The position numbers and the translations under genes were made by a program. A stretch of 64,000 nucleotides of DNA from assembly GCA_030248215.1 (NCBI GenBank), contig JASANG010001881.1, positions 62,001 through 126,000 on the forward strand, given 5' to 3'. Shown here in pieces: positions 38,101-51,458 of this stretch. Source of the DNA: Enoplolaimus lenunculus. Lineage: Eukaryota. How positions within the stretch are numbered: position 1 is the first letter of the stretch; every line of letters begins with the position of its first letter. Under the pieces are notes generated by a model. It was given only the letters and a program-made list of their open reading frames with translations. It made no database searches and was not told where the DNA came from.

Positions 38101-40843
38101 ACACGAATGGCGGTTGCGATACCAAAGCGGATGACTGATGTGTTTTGAGAAGAGGCTGTTAAACTTAATTTGTTAGACCCATTGGGCGTATACAAATGAT
38201 AAACCAGATTTTTTATGTGTTTGTTTGTTTGTTTGCTTATTATGCTAAACTTTATATCGTATTTTATTGGTACCGGTATGAAAATTAGGGGCTTTAAGGT
38301 TAAAACTTAAGGCCGTATTAAAGAAAAAGCAGTCTGTACACAATGAATATATGATGTATATTTATTATTTTACAGTGCAAAACGACGAAACTGACAAAGA
38401 TGTCAGTGGAAAATCAAACAAGAGTAAAATCAGTAATAAAAGCAACGACGATAGCAACAATAAATCAAGCCGTAAACGCTATGGTGACAGTATACTTCAC
38501 GGCTCCGGGCGCGACGCCAGCATTGAACAGTTGGTACGCGATGAAAAACTGACATCCGCAGAAGACCAACACCTAATCAAAGCTGGTCTTGCTAGTCGGT
38601 TAGCCAGCTCGTCAAAAACTGATGACGATTTTGCTGTGGATGATGCGTTTATGGAGAAACGCGTGAAACCAGACGCGGATTTGAAACGAGCTGCATTTGA
38701 GAGGCGGCAGGCGATTGAAAAACAAAGACGGAGGGACAGAACGCTGGCTGAGTGTAACCGATGCTACGAGAGTCCACGATTGGCGAAGTATACGGTAGTG
38801 GCGACAGGTAGGTTTAAGATATTCTTATGCTGAAGCATATGAAGCACTAGAGCATGTGGATGTGATGTTTCAGTTTTGTTGAATTTGCGTAGTGTGATTA
38901 GCTAATCGACTTGCAATGACCGTCTAAAGTTGATTGTTGTAATAAGAACATTAATGCCTGGTTAAAGTATTATTTTTGTTTTAAGAAACTAACACTATGC
39001 TGTTGTCATCATAAGTTGTTTGTTTGGAAACCCATTGCTAACTGGTAATGAATGATACACACATTGGAGAATACGTCGCATATATTTGAACATTGAAGTT
39101 TCATGGAAATTTTTATTTTGCAATAATATTTATAGGGCTTAAAACGTATCTTGCCGTTCCGCCAACGGAGCCTCTGACCGAAGGTCATTGCTGGATTGTT
39201 CCGTTTGAGCATTATGCAACATCATTGCATCTGGATGAGGACGTATGGGACGAAATGATGGTATGCCTTTGTAAATTTATTTTTAAATTAACGTTTAGTA
39301 TGAAACTAAAATGAATTTTCTGCTATAAGTTGTCTTCATTATGCCACAATATAATTGCACTTGATTTGAAATCCGGGTATGATCCATGTTGTGACTGAAA
39401 ATCCGCCAAAGCTGCGGTCGCACACGGATTTGTTGCAAGCTTCATATTTCCTCTAGTGGTACGTTGCAAGTATATTATCTAGTCATTACAGTAACAATTT
39501 TTAACTGTTAGAAAAGTCTACATAATATCGAAACAGTAACATCGTCATCATCAACAACAAAACAACAACAACCACAACCAAAAAATCACAAAATAACATG
39601 TATGGAATTTTGCGCTCTGAATAAATTGTCAATTTTTACTTTCAGTACACTGTGCGTGGGTCAGTGATTCACGAGCATTTTGTGCTCAAATTTGGTCATG
39701 AAATATTTAAAAATCAACCTTCGTGTGCTGGACTGTAATAATTTACTTGAAGTCTAATTTTTTAAATATACAGAAGCTGGAGTTAGTAAAATGTGATTGG
39801 AATAAACGTTTTGTAGGTTAAACTGGTCCTGAGCTTTGCGTTCTCGCTAGATACGAATCCAGTATGCATAGACGAAAAAAGTGCAAAGCAGTTAAGTTGC
39901 ACCGTCTCGAGTGGAAAACAGTGGGAGGAACTCGGATGTGGCTATGAGGTTCTATCTGTTGTACTATTTAATCTCAGTATTATGCGAAAAACTACGATAA
40001 ATTTTCAGATATGGCAAAAAGGATTGCGGGCCTTGTTTCATTCGCGAAATGAAGACATTGTGTTCATGGAAATGGCACTAAAGCCGCGATCATCGCCTCA
40101 TATGATTATTGAATGTATTCCGTTGCCAATTGATCAAGCCCAGTTAGCTCCGATGTATTTCAAGAAAGCAATTTTGGAATGCGAGGGTGAATGGCTTCAA
40201 AACAAGCGGCTGATAGAGTTTAGCTCGGCCCGAGGGTCCGGTCGTACCCTGAGAAATTCGGTGCCCAAAGGCTTTTCGTATTTCGCGGTATGGTTCGGAT
40301 TAGATATGGGTAAGTGTTTGTTTTTAATGAGGTTGTAGTATGAGTTGATCACTCTTTTCTTGTCATGTGATGGGGGTTCATAAATCGTTATGCAGTATGC
40401 CCACAACGGTTCGGGTTCGGCATATCAGTATCGCTTTGGAAACGTGTTTAATTTAAAAAAAATTGATTGCAACAAGGTTCTGTAACACTTGATTGTCATT
40501 ATCTAAATATTCTATGTGAAGGTTCACCCTGGAGTTATGAGTGTTTTGCAAAAAATATGAGCGGAAATACGTTGTTTTTGAAACAGCAGAAATTTAAGTT
40601 TAAAATTTTAAATTTTAATTTGTTTCAGGCTTTGCGCACGTGATAGAAAATGAACGTGAATTTGTTTCGTATTTTGGACGCGAAATTATTGCTGGTTTGT
40701 TGGAAATTGACGATGCCTCCAGATACCGAAAACCGGCAAAGCTGTTGATGGACAAGGTACTGGAAAGCGTAGTGTGTTTTCGAAAGCAATGGGCTCCGTT
40801 CGATTGGACAGAAAAAGTGAAATCGGCGTTGAACGAGGATTGA
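35162..40843 (+). CDS. CWF19L2: CWF19-like protein 2 (spliceosome/intron-lariat factor, C-terminal CwfJ domains), 9 exons, ~763 aa
   Basis: GT-AG exons with consistent phases: 35162-35233, 35718-35817, 36159-36347, 36664-37329, 37862-38053, 38376-38807, 39136-39260, 40009-40309, 40629-40843 (2292 nt). Family motifs: RDDWM, RELNP, DGGLSWLRR..RAKEQA..EGRSLEDVAAERWGS, LNAKLIKAEMFG, CxxC, LTEGHCWIVP, HMIIECIPLP, APMYFKKAILE, VPKGFSYF, GFAHVIE, FDWT. Confidence 0.93.
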
Positions 40844-41150
40844 ACAGATTGCAACTGAGCATGAAACTGTTGTTGCGCATAATTAACTCTTTATCGCATG
40901 AATATTTTCAATTATATCTGAAATCTAATTTCAAATGTTGAAGGCTTTTGATTTCGCATTTTGAAAAGTCGTATGAAAGTAACTATTGTGTCTTATGCGA
41001 ACGATGTTTTAGCTATGAATTTGTATATATTTAATAAATCGATAAAAGTGTTTGTGTTCCGTGAGCGGACGGTTTATTTTAACATTACCGTATTCAATAT
41101 GACCGCATTTGTATCAAGCGAGAAAAATTTTGGAAATGCATGTAAATTTA

Positions 41151-41595
41151 TGCGGGGTTTACGTTATAACTGGTACAGCTTGGGACACGTTTTGTCCCTA
41201 AGAATTTGAATTTTTGAATGATAACGCTGTTTTTGTAAGCGGTTTTGTGCCGGAAATGAATTTGCAGACGTCTAGTCACAGCTGTGCCTCTGCCGTCCGA
41301 CTTTCCATGAATTTATTGGCACCCGAAAATTTCACTGCCGCGTTGAATATTATATGATATTCGTTATAATTTTGGAATATCATATGATATTCGCATAAAT
41401 GTCCCTCAGTATCACGTGACATACCGACTCTTTTACAGATTGAATTTCTGAGAGCGGTGGTTTGTAAGTTAATGTCATATGACGTTCGAGTTTTGTCTGT
41501 TCACCTGATATGAGTGCTCGAATTTTAACGTTGACATCGAATCAACATGGGACAAACCGTGTCCCGCCTGCCCAGGTTATAACGTGAATCCCGCA
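41151..41595. mobile_element. Shorter, inverted copy of the same Harbinger-like MITE
   Basis: TTA|TGCGGGGTTTACGTTATAAC...GTTATAACGTGAATCCCGCA|TTA. The interior is the reverse complement of 32194-32862 with an internal deletion. Confidence 0.8.
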
Positions 41596-41992
41596 TTAAA
41601 TTAACATTCAAATACGATAAATTTCATCTTTTACAGTAGAGGGTCTGGAAATGCCACTCGCGAGTCGAATGATGTGATAAACTTTACTCTGTCCCGTGAG
41701 TAGTGCCAGGAATATAGACGACGGAGGGGTTCGAAATGGTGTATAACCGCTTCAAATCGGCAGAATGACAACAGATTGCGATAATTCTACCAGTACTGAG
41801 AATAATTGAAAGTGATCTACGTCACCAATATTACGTCATATATATGTTGTTAAATACAAAATTTGATGCCCACAGCGTTTACCCAAAGCGCATTCATAGC
41901 ATTTACGGCCAATGTTGTTACTTTAAAGGCCGTCCCATTTTCCCGGGACAGCAATGTACCAGGAGTACATTCCAAAAATGTAATTCGGACAG

Positions 41993-42131
41993 CGGGTCAG
42001 TTGGGACAGATGAGACATTGGGTCAGATAGGACAGCTGGGACAGATGGGACAGTTGGTACACTTGGGACAGTTGGGACAGATTGGACAGATGGGACAGAT
42101 GGAACCGCGGGACAGATGGGACAATTGGGAC
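41993..42131. repeat. Degenerate 9-bp minisatellite (TGGGACAGA-like)
   Basis: Repeated GGGACAG at ~9-bp spacing. Confidence 0.75.
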
Positions 42132-42857
42132 ATATATGTTAGGTATTGCAACTATCCGTTGCATTAAACGTTTTTGCCTCGCATCAAAAGCTTGAGCGAT
42201 AATGCAAGGTTATAGTTTGGAATGTAGTTTAAAAACTTAAGAACGTTTTAAGTTTCGATCTCAACTTTGTTTGGTGCTGGAGTTATTTGTGTGCTACAGT
42301 TAGGGATATATAATTATCATTTATGGACTCTAATTAGGCTTTAGGAACTCTATCCGCTTACGGACTCTTATTAGAGATACGGATTCCTATTGATCGGCAC
42401 TCAAAATAGCGACCCCCTCTTAATACCCACCTTCTTATTCGGGTCAATACAGTAAGCGTAAAAGCCAATGTGAAAAAGTTAGTCTAAAGCTTAAGCTTTA
42501 ATTGCAGTCCTGCAAAAAAAACTTTCCGCCTCTGATCTTTGCACGGGCCAAGGCAAAAGCGACAAATTAGTCCATTTTCGATTCTTGTGATGGTCTGACG
42601 AATTAGGGCTGATTTTACTGAAAATTTCACTGAAAAGTTATGGCACAAATTTTATGCTTCACAGAATACTTTTGTTTACAACTTTTTTGAAGATAAGCAT
42701 ACAACCGCAGTATCGCTATGGTTTTAGCAAATATTTAAACGTGCAGCAGAAACTGTTGTAGCGTATTTCTTTTTGCTTCTCAGCGGTAGTCTTGAGCTTA
42801 ACGTTTAGTTGAAAAAGAATGTCTCGTTTTATGAGATATATAATCCTAAATCCATAA

Positions 42858-43520
42858 GGGTTGCGGTATACTTTTGGTGACGTCCGGCATCGTACGTCAC
42901 CCGTACGGCGCCGTCTGTCGTCCGTACGGCGCTGTCCGTCACCGTGCGTTATCGTACGCAAATAATTCACGTACGATAATGTATGGTATGAACGGTGACG
43001 AACGGCACTATCCGTCACCGTGCGTCATCCGTAGGTACGGCGCTGTCAGGCACCGTGCGACATTCTTTTGACACTGTGCATCATTGTCCGTCACCCGTAC
43101 GGCACTGTTCGTCACCGTCCATCACCACACGTTATTGTGCGTGTGTTATTTGCGTACGATACCGCACGGTGACGGACGGCGCCGTACGGGTTACATCCGG
43201 CCCCGTAACGTGACGGACGGCACTGTAGCGTGACGGACGGCTCTGTACGGGCGGACGGCGCCGCACGTCAATAAAAGTATAGCGTAACTCTAAGGGTTGC
43301 GCTATACTTTAATAAGCCAGACGACGGCGCGCGCCGCCACACGCCGCTGCACGGCGGCGTGCGTGATTTTTAGTAAAAAGTTTTACAGCGGCGTGCGGCA
43401 AAATTTTTACAGTGTCGCGCGACGGCGTCCGTTGGCGTTGCGGCGTTGTACGGTGGCGTCCGGCGGCATGTGACAACGCGCGCTGGCGTTTGCCGGCGTG
43501 CCGCGAGTATAGCACAACCG
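42858..43520. mobile_element. Two head-to-tail GC-rich PIF/Harbinger-like MITEs (42858-43290, 43294-43520)
   Basis: TIR GGGTTGCGCTATAC/GTATAGCGCAACCC, with TAA before, between and after. Related pieces lie at ~9125-9314, ~23542-23855 and ~62479-62897. Confidence 0.75.
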
Positions 43521-43773
43521 TAAATTTTTGGTTTAGGTTGTTCACATAAATTGGTTTCATTTGAAGTAAAAATCAAATAAATAATATTTACGTGCCTTTA
43601 TAAGCACTGGAATAGTTTTTTTGACAACAGTTGCCGTTTTAGCAAAAATGGACCTAAAAAGGTTCTAGTTTGTGCGCGCTGGCGTTTGCTAATCACCGCT
43701 TAAATTTTTAAAATTAAAATTTGTAAGTAGAATTAAAATTTTCAGGCCAATATACATAGTTGACCGTGGAATA

Positions 43774-46700
43774 ATGCCTGTCAGACGAATTATTAGGACA
43801 AATAAGGCTGCAATTTCGAAAGCGTAAGTTACTATGGTTCGTTTTAATCATAGCAGAATTGGCCCACGTATAGAACAGGGCCGGAACGTATTCCGGCGGG
43901 ACTACAAAGTGAGCTTAAGCTTTAGACTAAATTTTTGCTTAGGCTTAGGCTTAGGCTTAGGCTTAGGTACAAGCTCATTGTTATCCTTAGGCTTAAGCTT
44001 AGGCTGAGGCTTAGGCTTAGGCATATGCTTATACTACTGTTCCGGCCCTGTTGTATACATTGGCCGCTGAATTTATAGAGATTTGTGCTTTTGTACGATG
44101 TCTTCGCCCATTTAAAGATCCGGCGGAGCGGATTGTTTCTACGACGGACTGCTATTGACTATACAGCAACATTTTAAGCTTAAGACTAATTTTTTGGTTA
44201 TGCTTACGCTCAGGGCTTAGGTTTAGGAATATGCTTATACTACTGTTCCGGCCGTGACATTGGCCGAAGTCTGTAAATTTCGGTTGCAAAACCTATACAA
44301 AATCGAAGTTTTCCACATGTTCCGTACCTCAAGGTATTAGAGACAGATTACTTTCAGTTGTGAATTACTGTAATCCATAATCGTTGTTTAAAAATGTGGG
44401 GCCTAAAAGAGCCAATTGTTTTGAACCACAAGCCGAATTGAAATCATTTTGCCCATCTTTGAAATAGATCTCTGCTTAGAGTGTGCAATTCTTGGGGTTC
44501 CGCATGGTGCAAAACGTAGGGTCGCTATCACATAAACAACCTTAAATTAAGCTATAAGGGGTGCAAGTTTGATGCCGCATACATAAAGTGCCATGGTTCG
44601 AACCGGTCGTACCCCACACCCCACTCTAAATAAAGGGCGGTCGGCCAAAAACGCAACGCGTGCCGGGTACATTATTTTCTACACAGTATGTGCCCAGTTG
44701 CACATTCTCGTTAAACAGTAATTATCTACTCTTGGTTATATTAAGAGTGCATACACTGTAAATTCCAATGAGTTAATTAATCAATTGTGAGTTACTAGCA
44801 GCAAATTTTAGCTCACTCTGAGAGGAGTTGATTCTTACTCTGACTTGATTTGATTCCTGGAAAGTTGACTAATTAAATCAGAATGAGTTATATCAACTCA
44901 GAATTATGAGTTCTGATAATCCTAACTCAGATTGAGTGATTCAACTCAGTATGAGTTGAAATCAACTCATTGGAATTTAGAATTTACAGTGTAGTACAGC
45001 TTAACAAGAGTACGCAACTGGGTATAGAAAAAAATGGGCCCAGCGCTACGCCGTTTTATGCGTAGTCTCCAGGTTAATTTCAGGCCACTCAACCAGGCGG
45101 TACAAATCGATAACACACTGTACATTAGCGGTACATTAGGGATTGACCCAGAAACCAATAAATTGGTACAAGGCGGTGTCGGACCTGAAACTCGGATGGT
45201 AAGTTGTTGTTTTTGAACCATGGCACCGGTAGTGTTTCAATTTTAGGCGTTCAAACCACAACCGTTCCATCAAAACATATCAGTTCGAACCTTATGGATG
45301 CTACTCGTTTTTTTTACATTTTCAAAAATTTCTCTTCTTCTCAAAGTGTAATAGATTTTGGGTTCTGTGTGCTGAACATTGATGCAAAAATAACTTCAGT
45401 GACTATCACCCCTCAAAAGTCATCCAGTGTACGCATGATATTGTGGAATTTGCATAAGATCCGGCACAAATATTTTAAGCTGACCACCGGCTGCTTTTCG
45501 GAATGCCGTACCGACGCTCCGGTTTTGAGGCATTAAGATTCTTTGGCGGCGTTTTCTAAGAATGTACACTTTGAAAAATGAAATATAACATATTTTTGGA
45601 CGGCTTGTATCCAATAAATGCTATTTTGAAATGCCTAAGGTTGTTTAAGTATCCTTCAGTTTATCTCACGCAAACGATATTGTTTAAGTATTAAACTGCA
45701 AAATTTTAATACCTGGGTCGAAAAATGAATTTAAATTTATACATTTTTAGGCGTTACGCAATATCTCTGAAATTTTGTACGCCGCTGGCAGCGATATGAC
45801 AAAAGGTACCGCTTAATAGATGCTACACACGTTTGAGAATACTTTTCAGTGAGTTGATTTTAACTCAGAATGAGTTGAATCACTCAGTCTGATTTAGGAC
45901 TTTCAGAACTCAGAAAGTTGAGTTGATTCAATTCATTCTGAGTTAATTAATCAACTCACCCAGTGTCAACTCAACTCAGAGTGCGAATCAAATCAACTCA
46001 GAATGAGTTAATGTTTACTGATATTAATTCAGAAATAACCAACTCGCTAGCTGAATTGAGCAATCAACTCAGTGGAATTTACAGTGTAGTCTCTAAGATT
46101 CATTATAATGCATGCAAAGTTATAAGCCAAACACCAAACGTGACGCTTATTCAAAGCTTGCCAAAAATAGTTCTGTTTCATTTTGTTATGGTCTTTAAAC
46201 GTTTGGTAAATTAATCCGAGTGTAGAATCACCTGACTGTGTGAGGTATCAAGTTTTAGAGGGCGTTAATCTGATCCGGAGAACAGTATAATGATATTTAC
46301 TCAGCGCGTGTGGGGTGAAAACTTTTTTCGACAGTTTTTCATGGAAATCACCGAAACTTACCCTATTTTGGATATGGAGTAGAGTAAATTGTCATCCGCT
46401 TGCACCAATGGAGACGAACGCCGTGCCCTGTACCAACGCCCTTGAAGCTTGGGCCCATGTTAACATCAGGGGCGGAACGTTTTTCTGTGGGACTACAATA
46501 GAGTGAGTTTAAGCTTTAGACTATTTTTGGCTTCATTTAGGCTTAAGCTTAGGAATATGCTTGTACTCCGCCACTGTTCTTTACATTGGCCGAAGCTTGC
46601 AACAAATGAAAACACCCTTATCAGCGTGAAAGCTAAACATTTGATGCTGTTTGTCGTGTTTTGTATGTTTAGTGGTGATGGTAACAGTTTTACTCCAAGA

Positions 46701-48587
46701 TATATCAACATTTGCTCAAATGAACAACGTCTACAAAGAATGTAAGTGTCACACCAATCTTTTGCGGAACTAAATTAACCGAAACCCACTGACAACAGGG
46801 TTCAACCAGAATTCTGGTTCCGAAAAGAAATCCGGTATTTTTTCACCGGAAATTTTGCGGTATTTTCGCTATTGAAAATTTTTGGTCATTCGAAATATGA
46901 AGAAAAATTGCCACATTATTCTAACATAATTTTCTAAATTGTCTGATCGTGTATTGCCAAAATTGTCAATTTGTGCCATACTTCACAATTTATCATACGA
47001 TTTCAGCTGCGGCATTTACAAGGTTTTAGCGTTCTAAGTGGTGTTTTCACATCATTACAAGCGATAAAATAGCGTTATAAATGAATTGTTCGGTAACTGG
47101 TATTTTTTGATTTCCGGTTCTGGTCGCGGTTCGGGTATCTTTTAACTTTCCGGTTCCGGTTTCGGAATTTTATAATTCAAGTTGCATCCTGACTAACAAG
47201 CAGCCCCTGAAAGGGTCAGCGAGACGGGTCACACAGTCAATGTTTAACTGCAATCTGTTCGCGAAATCGCAATAAATAATGCACTGAGGTCTATTTGAAA
47301 ATATATACCTAAATATTAAGTGCAATGTGTGCTCAAACTGTAGGTATAATTTCTTTTTTTCTGCGATTTTCTAGTTTTCCAAACAAATCATCCAGCTCGA
47401 ATGGCGTATGAAGTTGCCCAGCTGCCTCTCAAGGTATTGCTAACTCGCTGTTTAAGCTAAAAAATGTCTTATAAATAAATTTCACGGAGTATGATTTAGT
47501 CATTAAACACGGTCTGCCCATTTAAAGATCAGGGGCGGGACGTTTTTCTGTCGAACTGCAATAGAGTAAATTTAAGCATTAATGTTTTTGATCGGCTTAG
47601 GCTTAGGTTTAGAAACTACTGTTAATACGGCCCTGTTCTATGGATTGACCAGACCCTGAAATTTTCCGTCAAATATGGGTTTTTTAAATAATTTTACATA
47701 TTCTATTAAAATAACTTACTGGTATTATGGGTACCGGTATAGGTTTTATTCTTAGGCTTTAGACATAACAGCCTTTCCATCAAAACATCGCCATTTGAAA
47801 TCTATGGATGCTGTATGCAAATCTAGTAGCGGATCCAGAAATTTCTGATGGGATGGCATAGTGAGCGAATACTCGCGAACGAGTATCCCAACGCCATTTT
47901 AGCGATAATTAGCAATCCGAAATTTTGGGTTTGTGTCGCTGCGTTGTGATGGCTGATTCTAAGTCCCCTTAGTACCGTTTCATGTTTTTGTGTTTTACAA
48001 CCTGAACTAACAAACTATAAGCAGTCAAGAGTCAACATATTAAGGCAGATTTGAGATACAACCCGTTCGAGCCAAGCGAGCAACAAGCCAGACGCAATTT
48101 GTTTATAAAATATATCAAATATTAATACAAAATTTTAGTGTTCCTTGCACTGTAAATTTCAGCGAGTTGACTTTATTACTCAGAATGAGTTGACTCACTC
48201 AGCTTGAGTTAGGACAATGAGAACACAGAATTCTGAGTTGATTCAATTCATTTTGATTTAATTAGCCTACTTCCCCGGAATCAGCTCAACTCAGAGTAAA
48301 TAATCAACTCAACTCAGAGTGAGTTAAGGTTTACTGATATTAATTCAGAAATAACCAACTCGCTAGCGGAATTGATTAATCAACTCATTGGAATTTACAG
48401 TGTGGTTTGTTTGTGGGAACATATCTGTGCAAGCCACAAGTCTAAGGAACCAGGAGTCAAAATACAGGGGAGATGGCGATAAAGCCCGGCTTTCTCGTCT
48501 TTTACTTATTTTTTTGTTTTTCAGGGGGCAGCTGTTGAAATACAGGCAGTTGCTGTTGTTGGCGATGTTGTAACCTCGAAGCTTTGA
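43774..48587 (+). CDS. RIDA: RidA/YjgF/UK114 (2-iminobutanoate/2-iminopropanoate deaminase) family protein, 6 exons, 136 aa, C-terminal SKL
   Basis: Exons 43774-43823, 45084-45198, 45751-45805, 46673-46741, 47375-47433, 48525-48587 (411 nt) join to MPVRRIIRTNKAAISKAPLNQAVQIDNTLYISGTLGIDPETNKLVQGGVGPETRMALRNISEILYAAGSDMTKVVMVTVLLQDISTFAQMNNVYKEFFQTNHPARMAYEVAQLPLKGAAVEIQAVAVVGDVVTSKL. The PAR..Y.V..LP and VEI.A motifs are intact. A TTTTCAG acceptor ends at 43745, 28 nt before the ATG (possible trans-splice site). Confidence 0.9.
43861..44265 (+). mobile_element. Two adjacent TTAGGC-carrying MITE subfamily A copies in RidA intron 1 (43861-44065, 44105-44265)
   Basis: TIRs present. TSDs GCAGAATT/GCTGAATT and GATGTCTT/GAAGTCTG. 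Confidence 0.8.
46452..46591 (+). mobile_element. TTAGGC-carrying MITE, subfamily A (GG termini, 8-bp TSD; Merlin-like)
   Basis: TIRs GGCCCATGT..CATCAGGGGCGGAAC / CCGCCACTGTTCTTTACATTGGCC, with a perfect flanking duplication GAAGCTTG (46444-51 and 46592-99). Lies in RidA intron 3. Confidence 0.85.
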
Positions 48588-48911
48588 ATCGAGACAATTG
48601 ACAAAATTATATTAATTTCCCAAAAGTAGTAGGGACAGCCAAAACGACCTCCCAAAGAAATTTTTATCTTGTGGCCACATTTCACTATACTGGCCTGTAA
48701 AGACTCGATCAGCCTTATTTGCTGAGTCAAAGTTTATGAAACTCCCTGCTCTGTAAATTCCAATAAAGTTAATTAATCAACTCAGATGGAAAGTTAATTA
48801 TTTCTGAGTTAATATCAGTTAACTTTAACTGACTCTAAGTTGAGCTGATTTTCAATCAGAGTTGAGTTGATTCCGAGTGAGTTGAATAATTAAATAAGAA
48901 TGAGTTGCATC

Positions 48912-49102
48912 AACTCAAAATTACGACTTTTGATTCTCCTATCTTAGACTGACTGGATTCAACTCAAAATTACGAGTTCTGATTGTCCTATCTCAGACTG
49001 AGTGGATTCAACTCAAAATTACGACTTCTGATTGTCCTATCTCAGACTGGGTGGATTCAACTCAAAATTACGAGTTCTGATTGTCCTATCTCAGACTGAG
49101 TG
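48912..49102. repeat. 49-bp tandem repeat x4 inside a CACTG MITE
   Basis: AACTCAAAATTACGA at 48912, 48961, 49010 and 49059. Confidence 0.85.
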
Positions 49103-50158
49103 AACTCAACTGATTCTGAGATAAAATCAACTCACTGAATTATACAGTGTGCGATAACGAACTAAGGTTTACGTTTCGCTTCTTCGGCATTTACATAAAT
49201 TTAAGCTAAACGATGTATTGTTTGATTTGGCTTAATATTAAAATTAGTGACCCAATTTGTCTGATTGGAAAGTTAAAATAATTTTTTTGGCAGATTCAGT
49301 TTCAAGTGACTCTTCAACTGTAGAATACACTGTTTGCATTCTGTGGTTCTCAGAAGATACAACAGAATAGTGTACAAATGACCATTCTGTGTTTGTCCAA
49401 TGTTTTTATTTACACTATAAATTCTATTGAGTTGATTGATCAATTCAGCTAGCGAGTTTGAATTCAGCTGTTTTCCAAAATTCAACTCATTCTTGAAAGT
49501 TTTTATAGAATTTTTAGTCGAAATAACGTTGTTTCTAGTGCTTATCAAGCAAGCATGACATTCTGAAATACGTTGTTTTCTTTAAGATTTTATATAGGAT
49601 ACACTGTAACTTACAGTGATTTGATTAATCAACTCAGAGAGAATTAGTTATTGCTGGTTTATTTCTGAGTTAATAAAACAGTAAACAATAATTCACTATG
49701 AGCTGATATAATTCTGAGATGAACTCAGAATGAGTTCAAACAATTCAAATTTCTAACTTCTGAAAGACCTAATTCAGAGCTCAAACCTCTGAGTGGATTC
49801 AACGTCGCATTTATAACCTATCCAGCTAAACAATCGGTCATTAATGCTTGGAACAAAGCCTAAGCCTAAGCGAATACGTATTGCCTCTGGCCTTAAATTA
49901 GTTTAGTATTCAAAGACGACACAATTATTTTAGATAAAATAAAAAATTTTCAAACTCACAAACTCTGCCACGACTTTCTATAGGATACGGTATCGTTGTA
50001 CGATAATATTAATATGGGGTTTATGGAGTTTTACATACTGAATAGCGAAAGTTTCTTTTAAAAAATTCCTAAAGAAGGGGTTTGACCCCCAAAGTTCTAA
50101 AGGTAGGTTCTGGCACCAATAACCATTGTCAATTTTTACAAAAGCATGACAGTTGTGT

Positions 50159-50380
50159 GACCGCATTCTCAAATGTGTGTAGCACCTACCAGTTTGCGAT
50201 CGGTCTTGAAACTTTCAAATCACTGAACGAAGAGCTTAGGAATTCATCACAGTGTTCAGATTTGATTTACTTTATTTCTGTGCAAAATTTTGCAATTTGC
50301 AATTGCAACAGTTAGTGCGTTTGAAAACCTATAACTAAAACTGAAGATAGGTGCTTTACACACATTTGAGAATACGGGCG
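50159..50380. mobile_element. MITE with ~30-bp TIR
   Basis: GACCGCATTCTCAAATGTGTGTAGCACCTA ... TAGGTGCTTTACACACATTTGAGAATACGGGC. Related fragments lie near 20800-20980 and 54175-54240. Confidence 0.6.
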
Positions 50381-50439
50381 CTGGAAAAACTTTAAGATTT
50401 GTAATCAAATACTCAAAATGGCAATGAAATGTAGTTTAT

Positions 50440-50702
50440 CCCCTTCTCACATTGAGTTGCATATAGGCAACTGAGCGCAGTGTATATGCGTTTAATAATA
50501 TATATCGCACCGTGTTTAACAATTGCAACACGTATACATAGTACTAAATGACCACAAGACGTGAGAGCCCCCCCGGGCTCAAGCGTCAAGCTCCTATAGC
50601 TGAGTGGTGATGGTATACCCCTCCCACTCCAGTCACTGGAGTTCGAATCCTAGCATAAAAGTAGGTCTCAGGGGAAAAAGAACATATTCATGTGTGAAAG
50701 GA
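50440..50702 (+). mobile_element. piggyBac-like MITE copy
   Basis: Full-length match to 29707-29969 with slightly degenerate ends. Confidence 0.8.
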
Positions 50703-51458
50703 TTAAGATAACGGTGTCACGTTTTTAGGTTATTTAGCAAACCATTTTATGCAAATGATTGATATATAGCTATGTTTGATGCTAAACCTAGTGTAGCATG
50801 CTTTAAGTACCAGGGAAGTAGAGTTAAAACGGTTATTTCTGGTATATTTTCCTAGCCGGTTTTGATTTGTCCAAATAAGCTCGCTAATCTGCAAATATTG
50901 AGGTGCTGCGAAAAATGATTGACGCATCTGTCACAATAAGAATGAAAGGGTTAAAATTGCCTCAGTGTTTGGAACACTTTATTCAACTAATATAATGTAT
51001 ATATTGACGCCTTGGTGACATCTCCTCTTGGTAAAGTCGAATTTTGTTCACCAAATGTCGTTTTGACAGGGAATATTAAAAAGGATGTTGGATCCAGTTA
51101 ACAATCCTTTTGTAGATCCAACCGATTCGTCTATATTTTGATGCACCCCCCGTTATGTGAGGGGGTATATTTCACACAAAATACACCTGGAATATTAAAG
51201 ATATCAACGAAACAGTTTTTGGCCACCGGCATATTATGTATTTCCTTCGTCTGCGCTAATTTCAAAGCCCCAAAATGTGCGCTCGGTGCATGCTTCTACA
51301 TATGAACAGCTTAATTCTATGTAAAATATCCCATATCAAATTCGTTATCAGCTTATGTAGCCTACGTTTATTCAAAATTACAAATTTACGTTTCGCTTAA
51401 ACCTGTGTCATCTCTTATCGGTTTGTTTGCAATTAACTGTAAGATTTACTGCTGTACA

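Noticed and set aside
41844..42167. Collagen-like GQx ORF
   Set aside because: A degenerate 9-bp minisatellite with no signal peptide, collagen Cys motifs or exon structure.
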